Assembly (NCBI RefSeq): GCF_001194135.2
Contig: NC_068984.1
Span: 29,927,285-29,991,284, forward strand
Origin: Octopus bimaculoides
Lineage: Eukaryota
Direction: 5' to 3'
DNA length: 64,000 nucleotides
The notes beneath the pieces are model-generated. The model searched no databases, was not told the origin of the DNA, and saw only the letters and a program-made list of their open reading frames with translations. Position numbers and translations under genes: made by a program. This document shows positions 27,151 to 38,475 of the stretch, piece after piece. Within the stretch, counting starts at the first letter, position 1. Each line of letters opens with the position of its first letter.

Positions 27151-27298
27151 TGTGGTAAGAAACTTGCTTCCTAACCACATGCTTCCTAGTTCAGTCCCAC
27201 TGCGTGGCAACTTGGGCGAGAATTTTCTACAATTGCCTCGGGCCGACCAAATCCTTGTGAGTGGATTTGGTAGACGGAAACTGAAAGAATCCCATCGT
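27151..27298 (+). mobile_element. tRNA-derived SINE, family 2 (5'-truncated)
   Basis: Aligns with 28923-29070 and 50430-50575; CORE-like CTTGGGC segment; ends in (TATC)n. Confidence 0.88.
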
Positions 27299-27323
27299 AT
27301 ATCTATATCTATATCTATATCTC

Positions 27324-27376
<53 letters not shown>

Positions 27377-27432
27377 ATGTCTATCTATCTATCTATCTCT
27401 CTCTATATATTTATATATATACATATATATAT
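27299..27432. repeat. (TATC)n/(TA)n microsatellite at the SINE end
   Basis: Direct run. Confidence 0.95.
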
Positions 27433-27930
27433 AAATTGACAGAATGAGATAAGAAAAACCAAGGCAGTAAATAGATTTCATAACATTTATCGAGAAAAGG
27501 TCTTACAGTTGTTTCCGGGATATTTTATATATCCCTTCATCAGAGAAGGTTAGAGAAAATGTTTAAGCATTAATTATTGTAGAGAACTATGAAATACAGA
27601 AGGAAGTAAGAGAATGAATATTGCAGTGAGATACATAAGAATAGTGCATTTGTAGTTTTATCATTCAAGTAGAATGGTCTATATAAATGGTCAAAAAGTT
27701 TTTTGGTGAAGAAATTTTCTTGTACTTGGTGTGTTAGTTCTGATGTTAGTTACATTTGATCATCCCAAGCATAGAACCTTGTAAACAGTGTTGGTCGATC
27801 GAGGAGTTTTGTTGGTGTTAAATTAAAATGTGTTGGTAGTGTTAATGGATAGATAGATGGAGGAGATATGTGTATGATTAGAAAGAGGAGGTAGGTCAAA
27901 TCAAAAACAGGAGAAGAGAATAGGGGGAAA
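27433..27930 (-). mobile_element. Probable PLE-derived terminal module carrying HHR-C
   Basis: Hammerhead motif inside; minus-strand 3' end abuts (TA)n; internal boundary uncertain. Confidence 0.45.
27501..27546 (-). ncRNA. Minimal type-I hammerhead ribozyme motif (HHR-C)
   Basis: Minus strand: UCU-CUGAUGA-A-GGGAUAU(auaaa)AUAUCCC-G-GAA-AC(aacu)GU-A-AGA. Stem II 7 bp, GUA triplet, stem III one base from the palindrome ACAGCUGU, stem I only 3 bp. Confidence 0.65.
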
Positions 27931-27934
27931 AAGA

Positions 27935-28580
27935 GAAGTAGCAAAATTCCCTTGTCCGTGACGGAACATACTCCTCCAGTATTGTTCAGATCTCGTCTAC
28001 AGAGTTCATATTTTTGCGTCCAAATGACTTTTGAAGACTGCTGAATAAATGATGATCAGATGGGGCAATGTGTAGCGAATATGGTGGGTAGGTAGGGCAT
28101 AGTTTCTCATTCAAACTGCTCCAATCGCTGGAATGTCACCCTCACTCTATGTGGAAGAACACATTTCGTTTTCAGACCAAAGATGGTCGTTTTTCTCCTA
28201 GCGCTGAATTTTTCTAGCTCGCAGTAGATCTCATTGTTATCGTTTGGTTTGGATTTAAACCGAACAAATAACCACTTACATGGGTGAAAACTTTTAACAT
28301 CGGCTGTGTTTAGCCTGAGGTGCCGGTGTTTCTCTTCTCCCCACCCACTGTCTTGGCACTTGACATTTTTATAGAGTATCCATTTCTCGTCACCAGTCAC
28401 TGTTCGGTCTCAAAAAGGTTCATTTGTGAGACGAGACAGCAAAGAAGACTCTCTGGGCGTCATTAGACTCGGAAAGTTTGTGAGAAACCCATTGCAGGAC
28501 GAACTCGTTGAGCTCTACAGATCTTCCAGAACGCGGCTCGTCTTCTAGGCTCCAGTTTCCGGTTCGTCTTCTAGGCTTTA
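27935..28580 (-). mobile_element. Decayed mariner transposase fragment
   Basis: GNWSLEDEPRSGR, QWVSHKL, TVTGDEKWILYKNVK, PPYSLHIAPSDHHLFSSLQ on the minus strand. Confidence 0.88.
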
Positions 28581-28913
28581 GTTCACTAGCTCAAAAACAC
28601 ACATGTGTACATACATACACGCGAACGAGCGCGATTGGAAAAGTCATATAATAAAATACAATATCAAATAACTATTTATGTGAAAAACAGTGCGCTCGAA
28701 TCACGGTCGTATTAGTTTATATCCTCTTCTTAGAGTCATCAGATTCCCTTTTGTTTTTATTTAAATATCTCCATCTAAAACTGATGACTGCCTTTATATA
28801 TAAATAATAGGGTAAAAATTTGATATTAATTAATATCAATTGTGATCTTTTTTTAAGTGATCTTTTTCTAGCACATTAACTGTCAACTTTAGTGGCCTCT
28901 TTTATATACACAA

Positions 28914-29223
28914 GTATGGCTGTGTGGTAAGTAGCTTGCTTACCAACCACATGGTTCCGGGTTCAGTCCCACTGGGTGGCACCTTGGGCAAGTGTCTTCT
29001 ACTATAGCCTCGGGCCGACCAAAGCCTTGTGAGTGGATTTGATAGACGGAAACTGAAAGAAGCCCGTCGTATATATGTATATATATGTATATATATATGT
29101 GTGTGTGTGTGTCTGTGTTTGTCCCTCCAACATCGCTTGACAACCGATGCTGGTGTGTTTACGTCCCCGTAACTTAGCGGTTCGGCAAAAGAGACCGATA
29201 GAATAAGTACTAGGCTTCCAAAA
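28914..29223 (+). mobile_element. tRNA-derived SINE, family 2, near full-length with internal (TA)/(GT) tract
   Basis: A-box TGGCTGTGTGG at 28917, B-box GGTTCAGTCCC at 28960, CORE-like ACCTTGGGCAAGTG; runs into a gap. Confidence 0.92.
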
Positions 29224-30072
29224 NNNNNNNNNNNNNNNNNNNNNNNNNNNNNNNNNNNNNNNNNNNNNNNNNNNNNNNNNNNNNNNNNNNNNNNNNNNNN
29301 NNNNNNNNNNNNNNNNNNNNNNNNNNNNNNNNNNNNNNNNNNNNNNNNNNNNNNNNNNNNNNNNNNNNNNNNNNNNNNNNNNNNNNNNNNNNNNNNNNNN
29401 NNNNNNNNNNNNNNTATATATATAATTCTAGAAGTTTCACTGCATCTTCTGCTATAATTTCAGGTGTCAAAGCCTTTTAATTACATTTAGTAGGCGCAAA
29501 CAATGCGGAATTCGGTCATACATATAGAATAAATACCACACTTAAAAAACCTACTGGGGCTGATTTAATTGACGAATCCCTTTAACGCGCAGCCTCTGCT
29601 ACACTTTAGTGTATTTACTGGAAGAGGCTTACCGCTTGACTTTACGAATCTATTTTCTTTCTAAATCTACGCAAGTGAGACGTGTTAACTGATAATGTAC
29701 TCAGCACCTAAATGTGATTTTCATTTTCGCATAACTACACAGTATTACTGCTTTCGGAAGGACTGGAAATATTATTATGACTTACTATATAAGAGTTATT
29801 TAGTTAGTCAAAGATTTGATATGTTTCCTATTTAAATTATTAAGTAGCTAACAGGGCATATATTTATATGTAGAGATAAACATAAAGTAAGAAAACAACG
29901 TGATGTGGGCGTGTACATTATTTTAAATATGGAAATCTCAGGAATAGAAAATAAATAAAAGCAATCATTTTGTAATGTTTGGTGAAGCAAAAGAAAAAAT
30001 AGATGTACAACTATTAAATACGAACGTTGAAATGTAATAAATATTTATAGAATAAATAAGATAAGGTAATAA

Positions 30073-30073
<1 letters not shown>

Positions 30074-30130
<57 letters not shown>
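30074..30130. repeat. (TATC)n microsatellite
   Basis: Direct run. Confidence 0.96.
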
Positions 30131-30209
30131 TTATTTATTTATCTGTCTGCCTATCTATCTATATCTGTCTCTTTCACACACAGGCGTATACACATACACA
30201 TATATATTC

Positions 30210-31010
30210 TAATTGACGGCTCATCCAAAATGGCCACCCTTGTGCAGATGAGTTCACTCTTAATTCCAATTTAACCTTCTCCAAACACTCGTCATTCACA
30301 CAAAACCATACGTCAAAGAGGTACTGATACCAAGAATGGTAACTACTATAGCATCCTCCAGTAGGGCGTTACCAATCTGTTTTAACAGTAGAAGTATTTA
30401 AACACTACTCGTATCAAGAATACATCATTGAACTACACTTCTCTAAATATGATCGGAACTGAGGCAGACACTTTTTTCCAATTGTTTTCCAATAGATATT
30501 TCCAATTGTAGGACTTCACTATCTTCGCTTGGCGAAAAACATCCTTTATATAACTCAGATTGCGCTCCGAAGACTGGTCATTATCTTCAGTGCCAGAAAA
30601 TATTTCAGCCCCCAATAGTTGGCGATACTTTGTATAGCTGAGTTGGTGACACTTTATAAATCTCCGGAACGGTGAACTGCTCTTTCAACTAGAGATTTAT
30701 TACTGTTACGCACACATATATCCTGGACAAAACCCACATAAGGACTGATTAGTGCTAGATCATGCTCAGACCTACTCCAGTCTCTATCCCACAGATGTAT
30801 TCTTTTCGTGTGTTTTCTATCACTATTATTACTACAATAGTCTCTTCTCTTGGAGCTGACTGATCTTGTATCTCCTTCACTCAAGAGCTTCTGAACTTCT
30901 CATCAAATCTGCAGTGTTCAACAGCATAATCCCTCATCAGCCCTTCTGCCCTGTCTTTCCTCTCCAGAACATCGGACTTATGTTATCGCCTTCCTGCTCA
31001 TATTTTCCCT
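30210..31010 (-). mobile_element. Highly decayed LINE-like relic (possibly RTE)
   Basis: Higher-complexity segment with scattered hints (SGEGKTGQKG..GIMLL, QSLCGFCPG); many stops; assignment weak. Confidence 0.3.
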
Positions 31011-31529
31011 GTAAGTGTTAAACTTGTAACATTGTAATAGGGACATGAACAGCAAGTAAAAAATATGTAAATGTAGAATGAATTGAAAAGTGTTAAACAA
31101 TGTCGCAACGAGAAAATGAATGAAATGAAGTCATAGAAAAAGAGATGTCAGGCTGAGTCAGATATATCGACATTATAGTTAGTGGAGTTAGTTAAATGAA
31201 ATACTCTACATTATTCACTAGACAAATTGGAGTTCATTTACCGATTGTGAAATAAAAAGAAAGTTAATTTTCGATATTTTTCATTTCGACTTCGAAATAC
31301 CCTTTAAGAACACCGTGTTAATAAAAAGAGTGTGAAAGTAAATATGACTGAAAAGACATCTCTAAATATCCATTGATTTTTATATATTTTCAAACAATCT
31401 TAAAAACAGAAGAGTTGCAATACATTGAACCCGCAATGAATTGGAGGAAATTTAAATCAGGTAGCTGTTCCGGTAATTTTACCTAGCGATTATTAATATG
31501 AAAATGAACCTACTTTTATAAGAATATAA

Positions 31530-31680
31530 CAGTTCGCCTGGGCTCGACCACAATCCCTAGAGGTTAGTGTGTCGGAATCCTGATTAACACGTCATGGGTT
31601 TGATACCTTGAACAAGGCACTTTATTTAAAGTAGGTCCGATAGATTCAGCTGATGAGTACCAGGTAAGTACTGGTGCTAT
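31530..31680 (+). mobile_element. Old SINE relic
   Basis: ggtttgataccttgaacaaggcacttt (B-box/CORE-like) followed by gagtaccag..gtactgg as in the family-1 core. Confidence 0.45.
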
Positions 31681-31851
31681 TTTTTTTGTTTCTTTTGCTG
31701 TTAGATACATGATGTTTCATTCGGACAAGCTTTGGAGAACCGATAAAATACCTATGATGGAAATAATTTTTCCTCCATGTGGGGAGATGCAGTGAAAAAT
31801 ATAAGTGGAAGGAAAATACATAAATGAATGTACATATATATATATACTTTA

Positions 31852-32085
31852 TTTAAAAGCAGGAGAAATATGACAAAATGCTGTTACTCAGAGTTTCACG
31901 TTCCCGTTCATCGGACTGTTTTTTTAAAACAAGACTGTCCGATAAACGGGAGCCAGAAACTCTGAGAAATAGCTTTTTGTTATATTTCTGCTGGTTTTAA
32001 ATAAAGCATATTACTTTATCTCTGGTATTTGAGTACCGTTTTTTACACATTGTTTCACATTTATGTGCTCACTCCGGTAAGACAG
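31852..32085. mobile_element. Fold-back element: 69-bp inverted arms (57/69 identical), each containing a hammerhead-like motif, plus a 3' extension
   Basis: Left arm 31852-31920, right arm 31933-32001; flanked by (TA)n and (GATA)/(CATA)n. Confidence 0.8.
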
Positions 32086-32089
32086 ACAT

Positions 32090-32130
32090 ATAGATAGATA
32101 GATAGATAGATAGATACATACATACATACA

Positions 32131-32162
<32 letters not shown>
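32090..32162. repeat. (GATA)n-(CATA)n microsatellite
   Basis: Direct runs. Confidence 0.96.
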
Positions 32163-32399
32163 CTCGTGTTTGTGTGATGTAATACCCTTCTAATGTATAT
32201 GTATTACTGAGATCAAGACAACTATTCGTGCTGAATGCAACATCCGTTCATTTGTTAACTTACTGGCGAGTGTATATACGTGTGTGTGTGTATGGATAGG
32301 TGGATTCATATATATGTTATAAAAGTAAACAAGCATAAATTTCTTCCACATAAAAATTATCCTTTGTTAGTGAAAAACATCATATATATTGTTGAGGAA

Positions 32400-33000
32400 A
32401 ATTATGTTTAATAATTTATAAGTCAACAATGTACGTTTTGACCTTTTTCGAAAATGAAACCCTTCGCAACGTAATATTCTGTTTCCTACATATTCTGGTA
32501 CAATTAATTGATAGATTCTTGTTGTTTTGAATGAGACTAGAATCATTCATTACGTTATTAGAAAAAGCTATTGTGGGGTTTAAGATTAGCGAAAGTAAAC
32601 TGGGAAGTATTACATGAAATATTATCGATATTAGAAATACTAGAAATATTTTTAATAAATTGCAATGTGTAATACTTTTGGGATTTGGATGAAAAATAGT
32701 TACACTGTTTATAGTGTCCATTAAAATACTTATTTTGGGTGGTTTTTTACAGTATTTTATTTGTTTCAGCAAAGCCAACAGGTTTTGTCAATGAGAGTTA
32801 ATATCATCTATATATTTTGAGGGATTCATAGTATTAGCTAGAGAATTACTTATTTTTGTTTGCATAATAGTTTGGAAATGAGATATGCGATTTGTTAATA
32901 AGATTATAATTACGTTATCTATTTGCCGCGGGAGTGATTTCTTTATACACCTATAATATAATCGTTCTTGATTTTGAAAGTATTTCTTTTATATATATAA
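32400..33000 (-). mobile_element. Decayed PLE RT thumb/linker fragment
   Basis: ORF 32416-32778, VTIFHPNPKSITHCNLLKIFL...NPTIAFSNNVMN..LIQNNK..CTRICRK, parallels the PLE pattern IIWFNPP.S..V.TNIGK.FL...NTIK.SYS..N...HN...CNCR. Confidence 0.45.
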
Positions 33001-33920
33001 TTTTTTTTTTGTGGAGGAAATATACGTATATACATTCATTAATCCAAATCACGTCTGTTACTCGGAGTTACATACGGATACATCTATTTCAGTAGGTGAA
33101 CATTTACAAATAGATATTAATTTTCATCGTTTTCTCTAGTTAATAACATTACATATATGGCCTGAAAATTTCTCATAATTCTCAAGAATATCTCTGGATA
33201 TGTCTCAGGTAGTTTATCTGATGTATTTTAAGCTAAGCTATATACTTGTCTCGACATAATTATTCTAAAAACAATTTCATCGTAGACCGTTAGGAAATTG
33301 CAAATTAGATTTGCTTTAAATCGAATTCATTCTTTCATGTTATATATTATGAATTATGTTATACGTTAGGAATCTCTTTGCAAATATATTTCATATTACA
33401 ATAAATGAAATATTTGTTCAAATAGTATCATGATATTGTAATGTCAATTGAATTGGACTACAACTGTCTTTTAACAAAAGACAATTAGATTCTCGAGCCA
33501 CAGCTAAACATCTGAGGTGATTTTACATAAGTCGCAAAATCCAAGCTTTCGGACATATACAGTTAATCGAAGATTCACACATACACACACACACGCACGC
33601 ACACATACACACAGCCTCATCAATTAAGTCATTGCACTGGGAAATAGAGAAACGAAGAAATGGAGATGTGCTGTGAAGGAGATGTAGTGGGAAAAGAGAA
33701 AAGCCAATGAGAGATGTTTTTGTGATGATGAAGTTGCTGTGATTAACATGGGACCTGATGCTCGTAGTGTCATGTGGGTAACAAGGTGATGGAAACGGAA
33801 TGAGATGGAAAAGAGTGATAGTTACTTCCCAACATGGCATTATTATACTTACACTCATGCACATACGTACATATATATATATATATATATACAATATCTA
33901 TACTATACACGCTCAAGCAA

Positions 33921-33952
<32 letters not shown>

Positions 33953-34209
33953 TTATAGATTATATACGTATGCATATATTCATATATCTATGCAGACAAT
34001 TACACACGTATTTGTGTAATTACATTTCTTACGTTTTCGACCGATTTTCGTCCTGGCATTCTGTGCAAATGACCTGATACAGTGATATTACGTGATACGG
34101 TGGTACCATCCAATGGTGCAGATGTTCAGTTCGTCAGCCGATATAATATGTGCTTAATAAGCACGTTTCGTCAATATGAGATTTGTGTCCCCGGATGTTA
34201 GTAGCAGTT

Positions 34210-34325
34210 TAAGGCGCTTTTGATTACATCGATGTCAGTAATTGAAATGGTATTTCATTTTATCAACTCCATAGGGATGAAAGCGGAAGTTGACTTCAGT
34301 GGGATCTGAACTCAGAGCATCACTT
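34210..34325 (-). mobile_element. Old family-1 SINE core relic
   Basis: gattacatcgatgtcag...ttttatcaactccatagggatgaaagcggaagttgac..gaactcag aligns with 7688-7785. Confidence 0.7.
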
Positions 34326-35079
34326 GTCTCTTATTTATTCATGGTTTCATGTATCTCCACCAATAATTTGGTTCCGCATACCATTCCATGTTAAAGCGCC
34401 CTCACGCAGAGAGGCTATCATCGTCTGAGCATTTATCTAGGAAATGCGTTAGCCACACGTATATGGGCGTGTACGTGAATGTGAGTGTGTGTGCGTTTGT
34501 ATGTGTGCATAGAGAAGAATTTTGTATCATTTTCAAGTAGTTTGATGTATGTAGTGCAATATGTTATTCTGTAGGTCAACTGATAATCCTTGGTGTATGC
34601 ACTTTGTACGAGACAGGTTATTCTGATGTCTTCGGTTTTCGTCGCATACTTCTCACCAGCATGTTATCTTTATGACCTAATGTTTGTTTGGATATTTACT
34701 AGTCCTCACCACTATAATCAATTAGGTGTGGGGGTATTTTATTGGATTTCTTTGTACTTATTGTCATTCAATCCCTTTTCTAAATAGTATATTTGCAAAC
34801 GCACCCACAGCCAATGCGGATACAGGACGAGTACAATATAAAATACTATTACTAGAATCCATTTTTGGTATTTTCCACAGTAACGATATACGAGTGATCG
34901 TCCTTCTGCTGTATAAATTATATAAAGAACGTATCCTACTCGTGTCCTCACCTGGTGATGAAGCAGGTATTTTCAGTGGATGCACTGCTTTCATGGACTA
35001 AGATGTGGGTGACAAAAGGATCCCTAAAACTTTCATACTCATGTTTATCAGATTGCTTACTGCATGTGGTAAGTTATTC

Positions 35080-37090
35080 AGGATTTTGAAGTGGAAATGC
35101 ACATACAAAAATGTCTTCTTAGAAAGTTGCTTTGTTTCCGGAAATAGTTTTGTTTTACCAAGAACACGGCCCACCTGAAAGGAGTTCAATAAGTAAGGCA
35201 TTGTTATTTCGGCTGTTAGTGGAACTTATTTTCATGGATTGGATAAATCCAGCTTGAATGAATAGATACTTAACACATTTTCTATTTGGAGGACAACGAA
35301 GAAAATAAAAGTTAGCTTCTTTTTGAGTTTGCTATAACAATTTCCCTTGACACAACTACAGTAAATTCTCCCGGTCTAACTGATTGAATTAGGATTTTGA
35401 AGGAAGATTTTGAGGGAGAACGTATGTCATTAAAGTATTAACAAAGGGAACAGCTTATTAAATAAGCTGGTTCTCTCCAATAATGCAACAAACCCAACAA
35501 AGACACCTCACATTCTGATAGCTCTCTCATAATGACAATGTCCTACAGTGTGTTGATTATAACACCAGCTTAGGTTCCTTTGTGATGATAGTATTTCTGT
35601 AGTTGGAAACACACTGTTGGTAAAAAGATAAAAATGCATTGGGCCGCGTCAGCTGTCTTTTTGTAATGAATTTGTTATCTTTGTTACAAATTCTCTGTTC
35701 TAGCAAGCAAATAACCAGAAAACAATTTGCATGCATCCTCGGTCAAAGGACTAACAGTTAATTGATTACATAATCACCGGAAAACGAAATAAGAATTATG
35801 TTCGTTTCATTCGTTTAATCCATAACACCTGTCGGCTCTCAGATAACTCTTTATTGCACTACAAAGTATCTTTCAAAATTTCACAACATAAAAATCAGTG
35901 ACATCAAATTATTGAATACATCAACTTTAAGAATAGAAAACGTGAGCTATTAGATAAATTAAATTCAACTCATCCAAATCTAGATAGAACAGAAAATCTA
36001 GTGGGTGTTTTAATGAAGCAACATATTGTGATTCCTTTGAAATACTTTGTTACCCATCTTAAGGGTTATTTTAGAGAGAACAGACTTGAAGTTACGTTTT
36101 AAAAAATTAGACGTAATTCGGAATCTGAGTAAAAATGCTCAAAGGAAAAAAAAAAGAAAAAAACAGTTGTCTTAATCTCGAAAGACTAGTACAAAAGAAC
36201 TTCAATAAACGGGAAAGAAAAATGATGGACATAGAAGACAGTTGAGATTCTATCTGCAGCAAATGGGAAGAACATTTAGGAATTCTCTGAATACAATATT
36301 TTGTGATAACTATTTCATAATTTCTTTTCATTTTACTACCGGTAATATTCTGGTACGTATCCTCATTAACAGAATAATTACTCCTATTGATAAACATTAA
36401 CTCAGAATCCCCATGCGGTTTTATATCAGATGACGGATAGAGGACATGATACATTATTTGAGACAGGCTGGAAATAAAGGATACAGGAAAAAATTCAGGA
36501 ATTTTACGTTGTTTTCTAGGTTTTCGCAAAATGTTTGGTGCAGTGAACTGGGAGACACCGATTGAAACATTAAGGAAAATTGCAGGACTTAATATGTTCC
36601 ACATTATTTCTTTTGATGAGTCTTTGAAAGTTGTACTTGTCTCTGGAGAATTGTCTGAATCAATCGGTATCAGAAAATCCTGGCTACTGTATTGGTGAAG
36701 ACTACTTGAGTAATATCCATGGGTTTATGTGGAATAACGAAGATTGTTATAAATGTTTATTAAGAAATGTATCACTTTTAAAATGAAAGCTTTTTATAAC
36801 CAGTCTTAATTTAAGTGTACCGGACACGCAGTTCAGATGAATGAGGAATATCTACTCTAATTTCTACTTTACAACCAGCATTATGAAAGTGTTTGGTGTA
36901 TTGGGAGAGGGATTTTAATATACGAAGATAAACTGAAAACAAATTTGTCAAATTCAAATATAACCATCGCTTCATTCAAAAGTAAGACACAAATTACTGA
37001 GCGCAAAATTATGAAGAAATTCATGATACAATACAATAAAACAATTCGCTCTGAAAAGTTAGGAGAAAGAAGGAAAAGCGGAGCATAACA
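35080..37090 (+). mobile_element. Decayed, internally deleted RTE-clade LINE (APE and RT)
   Basis: APE motifs GIVISAVSGTYFHG, FCNEFVIFVTNSLF*Q and MHPRSKD*QLIDYII (35731); RT motifs LVRILINRI, SESPCGF (36402), DMIHYLRQ and CFLGFRKMFGAVNWE (36510); C-terminal CTGHAVQM and YEDKLKTNL. Confidence 0.82.
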
Positions 37091-37288
37091 TCCAAATTGT
37101 CCCCCAGAATTTCCGATCGTGCTGTTATCTGCACAGATTATGACTCTGTAAAATTGAAGTCGGTGTAATGTATCACCGGAGACAAGAATCGGGTAATTGA
37201 CTGATGGCTAGGACCAGCATATATCGAAATCGACGTGAGTGTACGCACCCCCCCCCCACACACACACACATACACACATTGGATTGTA

Positions 37289-38475
37289 TATTGGATTACA
37301 AAAAAAATTCTGTTCGTTTTTCAAGGCAAAACAAGACTCAAGTCTTCAGCGCTAAGCTATTTATTCAATTCCTGATATAACTACTGTTCCACTATTTTCT
37401 GAAATCTTGTCTGCAGATCTATTATTTCCTACTTAAAGAATTTCATGTCTTTATTGGCGAAAAAGCTTTTCCATGGTAATGTTTACATCCTCCTCAAAGT
37501 TGACGGTCTGTCCATTCAATGACTTTTGAAGAGAAAGAAACAGATGAAAATCTGAAACCTCAGGATTCGGCGGATATGCAGGGTGTGGCAAAACTCCAGC
37601 CAATCTCCAATAGGTTCTATTGCATTAGCAAAGAAGTGTGCAGTCTGACATTCTCGGTATGAAAGACAATTCTTTATGATAAACAAGTGCTGAACGTTTC
37701 TGGTGGATTGCCACATTTAATTTGTCCAACTGGCCACGGTATACATCCAAATTTATGGTCCTGTCTGTGGGAAGAAGCTCTTAACAAGCAACACTTTTCG
37801 AATCGCATCATACTGAATGCATAACCTTTGAGTAAATCCTGCTTCGGAGATTGCTTGTGGTGGCCGCCGCACTCTCACCTTCAGCTTCACATCCATTTTC
37901 CGTCTCCTGTTACCATTCTCTTCAAAACAGATCGTTTTCTTTACGTTTCTGCAAAGAATCGCAGATGGAAATCCGTTATGTGAAGGCTGACATAATCAAG
38001 TTGACGTACGTTGTTTTCAACACTTGATTTGGATATTTGGAGAATATTTGGATCCTGGTCTCATTACAAAGGTTTGTGTAACCACTAATCTCATTTGACC
38101 GACCAAAGCGAGCCGCACTTTGAACAGGAAAAGTTTTCAATCGAAATCTTGAAAATCGCTCTGGCATACGTGTTCTGTAATAACATCCTCTCTGTACACA
38201 AATTTACTTTACTGCAAGTTTCTTCTGCTTTCTTACCCTTTATAAAATATAAAGCATGAAGCGTCAATAATGTTTGTTTTGGTTCTCTATCCCCATTGCT
38301 ATCCAAAGCACACAAACTACAACCTTTCTAGTGGAACGTTCGTATAGAACTACGACAAAGTGTCAAGTATTTAACGAGTGCGTATGCGCAATGGGCAGAC
38401 TGAAGTTAACTATTTGCTTCAGTGCTTCAAGTTTAATGTCACCAAAATCGAACGAACTATTTAACCAACCCAATA
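37289..38475 (-). mobile_element. Full-length decayed mariner element with both TIRs
   Basis: TIRs TATTGGATTACAAAAAAAATTCTGTTCGTTTT and (revcomp) TATTGGGTTGGTTAAATAGTTCGTTCGATTTT with TA ends; motifs FSRFR..SAARFGR, RMVTGDGKW, TINLDVYRGQLDKL, HPAYPPNPEVSDFHLFLSLQ. Confidence 0.9.

Noticed and set aside
28917-28975. Possible tRNA genes (A/B boxes here and at 40980-41005, 51697)
   Set aside because: No cloverleaf; they continue into SINE bodies
31650-31677. CTGATGA followed by a 7-bp hairpin GTACCAG/CTGGTGC
   Set aside because: No GAAA follows; it is the SINE core hairpin
34128-34172. Type II hammerhead-like arrangement around the GTGC-TTATTAA-GCAC hairpin
   Set aside because: Stems I and II do not pair
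34590-35001. Overlapping hydrophobic ORFs suggesting a membrane-protein pseudogene
   Set aside because: No coherent frame or family motif; may be the RTE 5' flank
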